The notes under the pieces are model-generated. The model did no database searches. It was not told the DNA's origin and saw only the letters and a program-made list of their open reading frames with translations. A program made the position numbers and the translations under genes. From sequence record MF327004: a stretch of 64,000 nt of DNA; one strand, 5' to 3'. Source of the DNA: Shigella phage Sf17. Shown here piece by piece: positions 1 to 12,763 of this stretch. Position 1 is the first letter of the stretch. Each line of letters opens with the position of its first letter.

Positions 1-2
1 TC

Positions 3-395
3 TTAAATAGACACAGCTTTGTAGTTAAAAGAAAGGTATCTGAAGATGGTCATTACAATGAAGATGGTGATTGGGTAGTTTCACAGGATATTGTATCAAT
101 TAACTGCAAAGGTAATATCCAACCTTATATTAAGGGTTCTGTAAAGAATGGTACACAGATTGTTTTACCTGAAGGTATCAGACTGACAGATACAAGAATC
201 CTTTTCACTGTAGCTGAGTTAAGAACGTCTGATGATGTTGATTGGACTGAAGCTGATATTGTCATGATTAAGGGACACGAATACGAAGTCTTTATGACAA
301 TGGATTGGTCTGAACAATTAGCTCACACATCCCATTATGAGTATATCATTATTAGAAGGGATAAGATGAATGCAGTTAGAAACAGCAGAACTTGA
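3..395 (+). CDS. hypothetical structural protein, C-terminal fragment (gene starts upstream of window)
   Basis: Frame 3 is open from the window edge to TGA at 393-395; same strand as, and overlapping, the next tail-module ORF. Confidence 0.35.
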   Translation, partial: LNRHSFVVKRKVSEDGHYNEDGDWVVSQDIVSINCKGNIQPYIKGSVKNGTQIVLPEGIRLTDTRILFTVAELRTSDDVDWTEADIVMIKGHEYEVFMTMDWSEQLAHTSHYEYIIIRRDKMNAVRNSRT

Positions 396-969
396 GAAAG
401 GTATTGTCCGAGTTTTGGTTGATGTTATTGGTCACCGTTTAGCGAGAGACAAGAATAACAGACCAAATGTTATTAGGGCTTACCCTTCAGATAATTCCAA
501 TGATAAAGGTCTGAAACCAGACCAACCTTTTATTACAGTATACTGTCAAGATGCTACCACACCTTATGGTTGGGTTCTTGATAAGTTCGTGGAAGATGAT
601 GTAGTTTGTTATAGAATTGCTTTTCAGATTCCTGTACTGATTACTGTAAATGGTAAAGGTGCTCACAGTATTATGCTTGAGCTAAAACAAAGATTAGAGA
701 TGAGTACTACAAGAGATTATCTAGCTGACATGACAGGTGCTTCAGTACTTGATACAGGGGCTATCCCGAATGATTATACTTATCTCAACACAGATTTTGA
801 AAATTCTGCACCTCTTGTTGTAACCCTTGTAAAAAATTCAGTATTAAAAGATGAGCGTGGAAGTATTATCGAGCGTATCATTGTGGATGGTGAATTGGTT
901 TACGAGGAAGGACAGGAGCCACCAGAATATACTATCCATCTAGATGTAGACTCCAAAGGGGTAAAATAA
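370..969 (+). CDS. hypothetical tail/neck structural protein
   Basis: 199-aa ORF directly before the sheath-like gene, stop abuts next start; function from position only. Confidence 0.4.
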   Translation: MQLETAELEKGIVRVLVDVIGHRLARDKNNRPNVIRAYPSDNSNDKGLKPDQPFITVYCQDATTPYGWVLDKFVEDDVVCYRIAFQIPVLITVNGKGAHSIMLELKQRLEMSTTRDYLADMTGASVLDTGAIPNDYTYLNTDFENSAPLVVTLVKNSVLKDERGSIIERIIVDGELVYEEGQEPPEYTIHLDVDSKGVK

Positions 970-2322
970 ATGTGGAATCCAATTGTTAATGTAGATATTA
1001 CATTGAACACAGCAGGAACTACAAGAGAAGGTTTTGGTTTACCATTATTCCTTGCTTCAACAGATAACTTTGAAGAAAGAATCCGTGGTTATACTTCATT
1101 AACAGAAGTAGCTGAAGACTTTGATGAAAGCACTGCTGCGTATAAAGCTGCAAAACAGCTATGGAGCCAAACTCCAAAAGTAACTCAACTGTATATTGGT
1201 AGAAGAACTATGCAATATACTGTTTCTATTCCCGACACAGTGGCTGAAGGGAGTGAATATTCATTGACAGTTGCTATTGGTGGTGGTGTTTCTCAGCCAT
1301 TCCAGTACACTGCAAAAGAAAGCGACACAGCACTTATTGTCTTGAATGAGTTTAAATCACAGATTGAAGCAAGCCCAACAATTAAAGATGGTGTTAATGT
1401 TAGTGTAACAGGTACTGGTGCTTCTGCGACGATGATTATTACTAAAGCTGGTGATAATGACTTCGTAAAAGTAACGTCTATTACACCTACAACATCTATT
1501 GCAGCAACAACTGCTGACACGGCTTCCGCTGCTCTGGCATCCATTGAAACATATTCAACAGATTGGTACTTCATCTCAGCAGAAGACAGAACTCAACAGT
1601 TTGTCTTAGCAATGGCTTCAGAGATTCAGGCTCGTAAGAAGATTTTCTTCACAGCTAATGCTGACGTTAAGGCTCTGCAAGGCACTGATTTGACCTCTGC
1701 AACAGATGTTCCAGCACAGTTAGCTAAGAGCAAGTACACTCGTACAGTTTGCTTGTGGCATCACACAGCCGAGTTTGACTACCCAGAAATGGCTTACATT
1801 GCATATGGTGCTCCATACGATGCAGGTTCAATTGCTTGGGGTAACGCTCAGTTAACTGGTGTTGCAGCATCCCTACAACCTGCTAACCAGAGACCACTGA
1901 CAAGCATTCAGAAGTCAGCTTTGGATACCCGTAGCTGTAACTTCATTGACCTCGATGGTGGGGTTCCTGTAGTGCGCAGAGGTATCACTTCTGGTGGTGA
2001 ATGGATTGATATTGTACGTGGTGTTGATTGGCTTGAATCTGATTTGAAAACATCTCTGAGAGACTTGCTAATTAATCAGAAGGGTGGTAAGATTACTTAT
2101 GATGATACTGGTATTACCCGTATTCGTCAGGTCATTGAAACATCTCTTCAGCGAGCAGTTAACAGAAACTTTTTGTCAACTTACACCGTTACTGTTCCTA
2201 AAGCCTCACAAGTTGCATTGGCAGATAAGAAAGCACGTATCCTGAAAGACATTACCTTCCACGGTATTCTTGCAGGGGCTATCTTGGATGTTGACTTGAA
2301 AGGCACAGTGGCTTACGAATAA
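970..2322 (+). CDS. putative tail sheath protein
   Basis: 450-aa ORF followed by a ~150-aa tube-like ORF, strong terminator, chaperone pair and tape measure gene: the conserved contractile-tail order; not confirmed by search. Confidence 0.5.
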   Translation: MWNPIVNVDITLNTAGTTREGFGLPLFLASTDNFEERIRGYTSLTEVAEDFDESTAAYKAAKQLWSQTPKVTQLYIGRRTMQYTVSIPDTVAEGSEYSLTVAIGGGVSQPFQYTAKESDTALIVLNEFKSQIEASPTIKDGVNVSVTGTGASATMIITKAGDNDFVKVTSITPTTSIAATTADTASAALASIETYSTDWYFISAEDRTQQFVLAMASEIQARKKIFFTANADVKALQGTDLTSATDVPAQLAKSKYTRTVCLWHHTAEFDYPEMAYIAYGAPYDAGSIAWGNAQLTGVAASLQPANQRPLTSIQKSALDTRSCNFIDLDGGVPVVRRGITSGGEWIDIVRGVDWLESDLKTSLRDLLINQKGGKITYDDTGITRIRQVIETSLQRAVNRNFLSTYTVTVPKASQVALADKKARILKDITFHGILAGAILDVDLKGTVAYE

Positions 2323-2336
2323 AGGAGTAATTAGGA

Positions 2337-2783
2337 ATGGCTATGTATCAGCAATATTCCCCTAAAGATGTAGTTTGTAGCTGGAATGGCATTGCCATTG
2401 AAGGTTTTGCACCAGACTCATTCTTGCGTCTTCAGAGAAACTCTCCACTTGTTACGCAAGTTGTAGGTGCAGGTGGTCAAGTGGCTCTGACAAGAAATGC
2501 AGACAAGACAGGTACGATTGAGATTGAGCTAATGCAGACTTCTCTATCAAACCAGATGCTTTCTGCAATTCAAGCTAAACAAGATGACATGGAACTTGAA
2601 GAAGATATCTCATCTAACTTTGTAATTTACGACCCATCTGGTTCAGTTCTGGCAACAGGTATTAATGCTTGGTTGCAAGAGCTTCCACAGATTGAATTAG
2701 GTCGTGACCAGAACTCGAAAACTTGGATTTTCGGTTGTGAGAAGTTAGACTACACTTCAACAATCCCTGCGTCAAGCGTTTAA
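2337..2783 (+). CDS. putative tail tube protein
   Basis: 148-aa ORF between sheath-like ORF and tail chaperones, followed by a terminator. Confidence 0.5.
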   Translation: MAMYQQYSPKDVVCSWNGIAIEGFAPDSFLRLQRNSPLVTQVVGAGGQVALTRNADKTGTIEIELMQTSLSNQMLSAIQAKQDDMELEEDISSNFVIYDPSGSVLATGINAWLQELPQIELGRDQNSKTWIFGCEKLDYTSTIPASSV

Positions 2784-2796
2784 CAAATCCTAATAA

Positions 2797-2830
2797 GGGG
2801 GAGACTGTAAAAGGTCTTCCCCTTTTGTGT
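2797..2830 (+). terminator. rho-independent terminator after tube gene
   Basis: GGGGGAGAC - 8-nt loop - GTCTTCCCC followed by TTTTGTGTTTTT. Confidence 0.5.
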
Positions 2831-2859
2831 TTTTATAGCATAACTTTTAAGGAATCACA

Positions 2860-3261
2860 ATGAAGACTGAAACTAAAATGATTAACGGCAAGAAGGTAAC
2901 TATTATTCTTCTTGGAGCAAGAGATGGTATCCGTATCTCTATGAAACTTGGTAAAGCAGTTGTACCAGCATTTGCACAGATGTTCTCTGGTTTAACCTCT
3001 AAAGATGGGGAAGCTAAAATCCCATTTAAAGAACTCGTTGAAGCTTGCTTTGAAAAGGTTGACGAACTAGATATTGATGCAATGGCAGAGACACTATTTC
3101 AGGGGGCAACAGTTAACGACTTCCCACTGAAAATTGATAGTTACTTCCAAGCGAACTACGGTGAATTTATTGACTTCTTAGCTTTTGCTTTGGAGGCAAA
3201 CTTCGGAAGTTTTTTCGAGGCAAGCATTTTCAAAAGCCTAACTTCTCAGCAGGAAGCTTAA
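2860..3261 (+). CDS. tail assembly chaperone (G-like, frame-0 product)
   Basis: 133-aa ORF immediately upstream of tape measure gene; carries slippery heptamer T_TTT_TTC about 45 nt before its stop. Confidence 0.5.
   Translation: MKTETKMINGKKVTIILLGARDGIRISMKLGKAVVPAFAQMFSGLTSKDGEAKIPFKELVEACFEKVDELDIDAMAETLFQGATVNDFPLKIDSYFQANYGEFIDFLAFALEANFGSFFEASIFKSLTSQQEA
3210..3216 (+). other. putative -1 programmed ribosomal frameshift site (T TTT TTC)
   Basis: X_XXY_YYZ heptamer in frame 0 of ORF 2860-3261; the -1 frame is stop-free from 3210 through ORF 3270-3497. Confidence 0.5.
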
Positions 3262-3269
3262 GTTATTCT

Positions 3270-3497
3270 ATGCAGACCCCGCTGACTGACGGGGCTGTAA
3301 AGGCAACTTATGATGAAGCAGATGAGATGAAATTTGTGCTTGCTATTTATGGTATGGATGGGTGTAAAGAAACACTCAACCAACTTTTTGATATGACCTT
3401 CGTTGATTTATTATCTCTACGTCAGTATTTAGAAATTCAGAAGTCATATAAAGAAGAAATGGCTTACAACGAACTCAGAAAAGCAGGTAAAATTTAA
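3270..3497 (+). CDS. tail assembly chaperone extension (T-like; probably made as G-T fusion)
   Basis: 75-aa ORF in the -1 frame relative to 2860-3261, open upstream across the slippery site; its stop overlaps the tape measure ATG. Confidence 0.45.
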   Translation: MQTPLTDGAVKATYDEADEMKFVLAIYGMDGCKETLNQLFDMTFVDLLSLRQYLEIQKSYKEEMAYNELRKAGKI

Positions 3498-5733
3498 TGG
3501 CACAATATACAGTTGATAGTTTTATTGTTGAACTTGGATTCAGTGAAAAGGTTGTTAAGGGTTTGCAAAGAGTTGAGAAAATGGCTATGCAGTCTGCTCA
3601 ACGTATCGAACGTAATATCAATAAAGCCTTTGATGTGAAGCCTAATAGAAGTTCACAAGACGCTCTAAACAGACTTGTAAAAAACGCTCAGACTGCTTCA
3701 GGCAGAATCAATAAATCCCTAAACAATGCTATGAATTTAGATTCACAAGGTGTAAAATCACTTCGTAGATTAGAAACACAGGGTAAGAAAACAGCCAAAG
3801 AAATTAATAAGGCTCTAAGACAAGCTATGAATGTTGAAGGTAAAGTCAATGTTCGTGGTGGAGTTGGTAGAGGCCGTGGTAATACTATCCCTCCGGTTGG
3901 AGGTGGTGGTTCACCTAGAGTTAGACCTGATATTGCTCAAAGACAGATGGAAAGAATGTTTAATAACAACTTCTACTCTGGTTTGACTCGTCGTCTTGAA
4001 ACAATTGGTGGACAAGGTAACCAAATGGCTACTTCCTTCAGAGGAAGCTTACAAGGAATCTATAATAAGTACAAAGGTAGTGGTAAAGTTGGTGAGTATG
4101 AGATGGAAGTCAAGAAACTCATTGACACTACCAAACGTTGGGTTATTGCAGAAAATGCTAGACTTAAGGCAGTCAGAGAGTCAGCTTGGTTACAAGACAG
4201 AGCAAACTCTTCACTAAGACAGCTTGTAGGTGGTTTTGTTTCAGCGTATGCTATGCTGGAATTAGCTCAGAAGACTATTGATGCAGGTGTAAAGAGACAG
4301 TCTGCACAGTTAGCCTCAACAGCTATCTTTGGAGGGGATACACAGCAAGCTAGAATGTTCGCTGCTACGTTCTCTCACCAGATTGGTCAGAACTACACAG
4401 ACACTATGAAGCAGTACTCAAACTTCGCTGCTGGTGCTCAACCAGAGTTAGGTTTTAAAGGGACTCAAGAGTTCTATAAGAATGCTGCTATGTTCTCACG
4501 TATTCGTGGTGCTTCTGATGAAGACTTGAAAGGTATCATGGTTGCTTTCCAGCAAATGGCATCTAAAGGTAAGATTCAGGCTGAAGAACTTCGTGGACAG
4601 TTAGGTGACCGTTTGGCAGGTGCTGTTCAGTTATTCTCTGATGCTATTGGTAAAACTCCACAAGAACTTGACAAGATGATGAAAGATGGTCAGCTTCTTG
4701 CTAAAGACGTTCTACCAAAAGTCTCAGAAAAAATGAGAGAGCTTGTTGAAGCAGCAGGTGGTATGAATGCAGTTTCTAAGCAGACAGCCACCTCTATGGG
4801 TCAAGCAAAAGCTATGTGGGATAACACTCTTGTAGCACTTTTCAACAACTCTAGCGAAGGTATTTCACAACTCTCTAACTCAGTTGCAATGTTCTTGCAA
4901 GGTTCCCTTGGTACATCTGAAGCACTTGGTACAGGTATTGGTTACCTTTTAAAAGGTGCTAGTAACCTTCTAGACTTCGTGACAGATATCATGTACCGCA
5001 TTTCTTCATTGTACTATACCTCAATGGGCTATTTCAAGGAATTAGATGCTAGTCAACAGAAACTAATCAAGGATTCTGCTGAGTTAGTTGCTACGTTCAC
5101 CGCTATTGGTGTCTCAATTGCAGCTATTACAAAAGTCGCTAAAATCTTTGGTGGTACTGTAGCATTTGTCAAGAGTATCTTTGAAGAAGGTATCTTAGCT
5201 AAGATTGCACAGAAGTTTGGATTAACTACAGCAGCAGAAACAGCAGCTACAACGGCTGGTGTATCAGCAACCAGAATGGCTCTTGGTGTAGGTGGTTCTG
5301 CATTAATGTTATCTGGTTCAGTTGACAAGAATGCTGGAAAGAGATTTAACGAGGTTAACACACCTAATCCTTTCAATGAAGCTATCTCAGGAATCACTAA
5401 TCCAAAACGTCCAATGTTCTTTGACCAGAATGGACAACTTCAGTTTGCACAATATACCACAGACACTTCTGGAAATATTCAGAGAGTTGATAATGGTTTG
5501 TCAAATTGGGATATTATCATGAACAACCTGTCTGAGTCTCTAAATAACTTTGCAAACAAGTTTAACCAGACACCTATGATGATGACTCCTTCTGGACTAC
5601 CATTGCAAACTAAGCAGACGCTTCACGTTTCCTTTAATCTGGATGGTAAGCAGATTGCTACTAAGATGGTGGATATCACTGATAAGAGTCAGGAAGATAT
5701 TCTGTTAAACTCTAGCTACCCAGAGGATGAATA

Positions 5734-5734
<1 letters not shown>
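3497..5734 (+). CDS. tail tape measure protein
   Basis: 745-aa ORF right after the chaperone pair; long helical-looking N-terminal half rich in A/K/Q/R, Gly-rich segment, hydrophobic C-terminal stretches; typical position and composition. Confidence 0.65.
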
Positions 5735-8495
<2,761 letters not shown>

Positions 8496-8496
<1 letters not shown>

Positions 8497-8912
8497 TGAA
8501 AACAGATTTTGCAATCAATCTTGGTGGTGACTACGTAGCTAAATTAGGAAATGATTCTGTATACGTTGCTCACGGAGATTTAAAAATTACGGGTAATCAG
8601 ATTAGAATTATCCCAGAAGACGATAAAGCTACTCAGGTAGCTCAAAGATTACATATTAGGTGTCTTCTAAGGGCTGGAGAAGTATTCTTTAATACATCTG
8701 CTGGATTCCCTTATTTACAGCTTGCGAAGTTCAAGCAGAAGACCTCTATTTTTGATAATTATATGAAAGGTTACCTTGTTGAAACGAGAGATGTAACAAA
8801 CATCTACAACTACTCTTCAACAATGGATAATGCAATGAGAAAAGTGTCAGTAAGATTTAATGCAACGACAACTGCTGACGATGTTGAAATTAATACAGAG
8901 GTAAACATTTAA
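8496..8912 (+). CDS. putative baseplate wedge protein (gp25/W-like size)
   Basis: 138-aa ORF between spike-like and J-like ORFs; position and size only. Confidence 0.35.
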
Positions 8913-10381
8913 TGGCTGGATTAACAACTACAGGTTTACAAACAAAAAGATATCAAGAAATCTTGGATGATGTTAAAGCAAGTCTGTATAGAGATATCTC
9001 ACCAAACCTTGATGTTTCTGAAGATAGCGAACTTGGGTTATTCTTAGCTTCTGTTTGCCGAGGTCTTGCAGACGTTCATGAAATCTTGTCAGAAATCTAT
9101 GATGGTGGTACTATTGACAAAGCTGAAGGATTCAGTTTAGATGATGTAACAGCTTTGAATGCTGTATACAGATATGTGGCACAGGCTACAAGAGGTCAAG
9201 CTGAGTTCACTGGTAATTCTGGTGCTCCTGTACCAGCCACTACAAGATTAAGAAGCACAGCAGGTAACATCTTTTACCCTGTGTCAACTTTCACACTGAC
9301 TCCATCTTACTGTGTAGAGGCAAACTTAGAAGTTAACTCTTTACGAACAGATGCAAACTATGTTATTATCATTGACAACATTGAGTATTCATATCAGCCG
9401 ACTAGTTCTGATACCATTACAACATTGCTACAGAAACTTGCAGATGCTATTAATGGTGGTATTATTGCAAAGGCTGAAGTTACTAATGATGGTTCAGTTC
9501 TGAGAATCTATAAAGACACTGGAGATATCATTGCCAGAACTAACCCTATGGTTGTTACTGCAACGACATTCTTAACATTTACAAAGATTACTTCAATCAG
9601 TGACGTTGTAGCAGATGAAACTGGAGCTATCCAGACTCTTGCAGGAACCTTGATTGAGATTGAAACAACTGTAGATGGTCTCGATAGTGTTTTCAACAGA
9701 TATGACTTGACAACAGGTCGTGATGAGGAAACTGACACAGAACTGAGACAACGTTACTTAGAATCTCTGGCTGTTACTGGTGTAGGTACTCTAGATGCTA
9801 TTGTAGCTGCTGTCAAGAGAGTTCAAGGTGTGTCTGATGCTTCTGGTGTAGAAAATGATACTGAGACAACAAACTCTGATGGTCTTCCTCCGAAGTCTTT
9901 TAAGATTGTTGTAGTTGGTGGTCAGAATGATAATATTGCACAGGCAATCTGGGACACGAAACCTGCTGGTATTCGCCCATATGGTTCAATCTTTGGGACT
10001 GCATATGACTTAGGTTCTCTCCCTCACGACGTTTACTTTAGTAGACCAATGCCTAAATACGTTTTTGTCAAGGTTACTTACTCTCTTTACGATGAAGAAA
10101 CTCTTAACATCCCTGAGCAGGATATTCATGACAGAATTGTTCAAGGTATTAATGCCTACGGTAGAACTTTGAAAGTTGGTAACGATGTAATCCCTAACAG
10201 AATCTATGGACATATCTATGATGTGATTCAAGGTATCGAGATTAATGAGATTAAGGTTGCACTTTCAAATAACCAAGCAATTCCACCTGCTGAGGGGCAG
10301 TACACAACCTCAAGAATCACTATTGATGGTGACCAGTACACTGTTTGGGAAAGCTCACAGTATACAATTACCAAGGAGTAA
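8912..10381 (+). CDS. putative baseplate J-like protein
   Basis: 489-aa ORF following the small wedge-like ORF, the usual position of J/gp6-type baseplate proteins. Confidence 0.4.
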   Translation: MAGLTTTGLQTKRYQEILDDVKASLYRDISPNLDVSEDSELGLFLASVCRGLADVHEILSEIYDGGTIDKAEGFSLDDVTALNAVYRYVAQATRGQAEFTGNSGAPVPATTRLRSTAGNIFYPVSTFTLTPSYCVEANLEVNSLRTDANYVIIIDNIEYSYQPTSSDTITTLLQKLADAINGGIIAKAEVTNDGSVLRIYKDTGDIIARTNPMVVTATTFLTFTKITSISDVVADETGAIQTLAGTLIEIETTVDGLDSVFNRYDLTTGRDEETDTELRQRYLESLAVTGVGTLDAIVAAVKRVQGVSDASGVENDTETTNSDGLPPKSFKIVVVGGQNDNIAQAIWDTKPAGIRPYGSIFGTAYDLGSLPHDVYFSRPMPKYVFVKVTYSLYDEETLNIPEQDIHDRIVQGINAYGRTLKVGNDVIPNRIYGHIYDVIQGIEINEIKVALSNNQAIPPAEGQYTTSRITIDGDQYTVWESSQYTITKE

Positions 10382-10383
10382 CA

Positions 10384-11241
10384 ATGTTTAAAAAGATTGA
10401 AAACTTTTATGAGAAAACATTGGACGAAAGAACTGTAACTCAATTCAAAGATAAGTTTATTTACACAAGTCTATTGAAATCTATCACAGATGAGTTACAA
10501 TTATTAGAGGATATCAGTAATCAGTTATATACTGAAAGAAATATTCGTGTAGGTGTTGGCACACAACTTGATAACATCGGGGCTTTGATTAAAGTCCCTA
10601 GACCTATTGGTGCTGATGATGACACTTACAGAGCTATCCTCTACATTCAAATTTTCTTAAGACGTTCTGACACCACACCAAGCTTCTTACAAAGAGCTGT
10701 TATGACTCTTTACAACGCATCATTCAGCCAGATTTTTGAGCACATTACGCCAATGACTGGTGGAATTGTTATCCGTGTAAACACTCGTAATAACGTGTTA
10801 GATACAGCATACACACTTTCTAAGATTGCTGCAACAACTATTGGTTCAGCAGTTATCCTTAGAGATGTTACCTTAAATGGTACTGCTTGGACTCCTGTAG
10901 AGGTTGCTGATTCATCTCTGGCAATTACTGATGAGAACAATAACTGGTTTGTAACAAACACTAACAAGGGTCTTATTACGAACAACACAGGTGGCTCTCT
11001 AGAAGCAAATAAATTAGGTAGTTTTGCAGATGCAGGTGTAAGGGATGGTTATGTAAGAGTGGATAAAACTGGTGGAAGTACCAGTAAAGATTATTTAAAA
11101 GTCAGCAAAACAAACAATAGCAACGACTATTTCATTGCTGGTAAAGAAACAGTAGCAGGTGGTGATTATGGGATTATGGCAGAAGTCGCCCAAATCGTCA
11201 AAGGCAGAAAAGATAAATCTCAACAAGAAGGAAGTTCATAA
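10384..11241 (+). CDS. putative baseplate/tail-fibre-associated protein
   Basis: ATG at 10384 directly after previous stop (ORF-track start 10345 overlaps upstream gene); 285 aa. Confidence 0.35.
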   Translation: MFKKIENFYEKTLDERTVTQFKDKFIYTSLLKSITDELQLLEDISNQLYTERNIRVGVGTQLDNIGALIKVPRPIGADDDTYRAILYIQIFLRRSDTTPSFLQRAVMTLYNASFSQIFEHITPMTGGIVIRVNTRNNVLDTAYTLSKIAATTIGSAVILRDVTLNGTAWTPVEVADSSLAITDENNNWFVTNTNKGLITNNTGGSLEANKLGSFADAGVRDGYVRVDKTGGSTSKDYLKVSKTNNSNDYFIAGKETVAGGDYGIMAEVAQIVKGRKDKSQQEGSS

Positions 11242-11540
11242 TGTCTCTTTCATGGTCTACAGATACAGTTGATGCTGATGGTAACCAGCTTAAAGTTTTA
11301 CCACCTCCAGAAATTCAAGCCACTGGCCTATTAAGGGGTGAGCCTATGGGTCGTCAGTGGTTTAACTATATTATCAACTATTTGCTTAACAAAGTAAATG
11401 GTACGGTTGGAGAGGTTCGTTCATTTGCTACGGAGCAACCTGATTTAGTTTCCAATGGTTGGGAATTAATTGACACAGTAACAGGAACTGCACCCACTAG
11501 CACGACTAACCTTTACACATACGAATATAAAGGGAGCTAA
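11241..11540 (+). CDS. hypothetical tail protein
   Basis: 99-aa ORF coupled to neighbours, immediately upstream of fibre genes. Confidence 0.35.
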   Translation: MSLSWSTDTVDADGNQLKVLPPPEIQATGLLRGEPMGRQWFNYIINYLLNKVNGTVGEVRSFATEQPDLVSNGWELIDTVTGTAPTSTTNLYTYEYKGS

Positions 11541-11542
11541 TA

Positions 11543-12718
11543 ATGCCAGTAGGTGAAATTCAAATTAGTGCATTGCCTCAAGCCTCGTTGCCTATTGATT
11601 TAAGTGATATCTTTCACCTTAAGCAAGGTATTGAGGATAAACGATGCACACTTGAGCAATTACTTGCTCCACACGCATCTTTAAGAAATAACCCACACGG
11701 TGTTACAAAGGTTCACGTAGAACTTGGTAATGTTGTTAACGCACTCCAATTAGTGGCTGCTAATAACTTGTCAGACGTGGTTAGTGTTGAAGAGGCTAGG
11801 CAGAACCTTAATATTCTATCAAGTGATGAAGTTAATGCTCTTATCCAGAATCACATTAATGACAAGAATAACCCTCACAACACTAACAAGATTCAAGTAG
11901 GTTTGTCTAATATTCAAAACTGGACATATTCAAACTCTTACTCTGAAGACGCTGATAAGTATGCTACTGCAAAAGCTGTGAATGCTTTATATAGAGCTAT
12001 CCAGAATAGCTATCCAATCGGTACTATTCATTTGTCAGTTAACCCTGCAAACCCATCTACATATTTACTTTGTGGTGGTACTTGGGAGTTAGTTTCTAAA
12101 GGAAGGTCTCTTGTCGGTTATGACACAGATACAAGACCTGTAGAATCAGTATTTGGTTCTGCTACTGTAACACTTACACAAAATAACATTCCAAGTCACA
12201 CACACTCTGTATTACTAACTGGTGGTGGACACTCCCACAATGCAACAGTAGTAATTTCTAACTTTGACTATGGGACTAAGAGCACATCAAGTTTTGATTA
12301 TGGTTCTAAGGCCACAAACGACTCTGGAAGCCACGCTCATAACGTTAATGGTTCTGTAAGCAGTGCTGGTAGTCACAGCCACAGGATTCCATTGAGGGGT
12401 TCTGACAGGGGTGGTGTGAATGCTATTACGGCAACGGCTGATGCAGGTGTTGGTAATGCGTCATATACAGACTTTGATGGGGTTCACACACATACCTTCA
12501 ACGTTAATTCTTCAGTTGGTGGTAACCACTCTCACAGTGTGTATATCGGAGCACATGGACACAGTGTTGCAATTGGTTCACATGGACACTCAGGTACTGT
12601 GACAGTTCAATCTTCTGAGCACACTCACTCAGGTACAACTGGTGCATTTGGTGCTGGACAAGCATTTAATATTGAGCAACCTTCTTATGTTGTATATGTT
12701 TGGAAGAGAACTGCGTAA
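11543..12718 (+). CDS. tail fibre protein (short) with His-rich distal domain
   Basis: 391 aa; C-terminal third carries repeated HxH motifs (GGGHSHNAT, GSHSHRI, GNHSHSVYIGAHGHSVAIGSHGHSG); ends ...VWKRTA like the next fibre. Confidence 0.55.
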   Translation: MPVGEIQISALPQASLPIDLSDIFHLKQGIEDKRCTLEQLLAPHASLRNNPHGVTKVHVELGNVVNALQLVAANNLSDVVSVEEARQNLNILSSDEVNALIQNHINDKNNPHNTNKIQVGLSNIQNWTYSNSYSEDADKYATAKAVNALYRAIQNSYPIGTIHLSVNPANPSTYLLCGGTWELVSKGRSLVGYDTDTRPVESVFGSATVTLTQNNIPSHTHSVLLTGGGHSHNATVVISNFDYGTKSTSSFDYGSKATNDSGSHAHNVNGSVSSAGSHSHRIPLRGSDRGGVNAITATADAGVGNASYTDFDGVHTHTFNVNSSVGGNHSHSVYIGAHGHSVAIGSHGHSGTVTVQSSEHTHSGTTGAFGAGQAFNIEQPSYVVYVWKRTA

Positions 12719-12729
12719 TTATTTTATAA

Positions 12730-12745
12730 GGGGCTACACAGCCCC
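12730..12745 (+). other. intercistronic hairpin GGGGCT-acac-AGCCCC
   Basis: Perfect 6-bp stem between the two fibre genes, no T-run; same stem sequence recurs at 46455 and 51519. Confidence 0.4.
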
Positions 12746-12763
12746 TAGAAAGAGGATTTATAA

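Noticed and set aside
1293-1574. Antisense or embedded ORFs from the six-frame track (e.g. 1293-1574, 5053-5397, 7514-7708, 9508-9738, 12883-13428, 22022-22811, 25616-26802, 32614-32917, 46632-47243, 55389-55619, 56412-57185)
   Set aside because: They lie inside or opposite long, motif-supported genes, lack SD sequences, and are often low-complexity; treated as spurious.
3270-3497. ORF 3270-3497 as an independently translated gene
   Set aside because: Only 8 nt from the previous stop with no SD, and its frame is open upstream across a canonical slippery heptamer; more likely a frameshift extension (still listed as a feature with that caveat).
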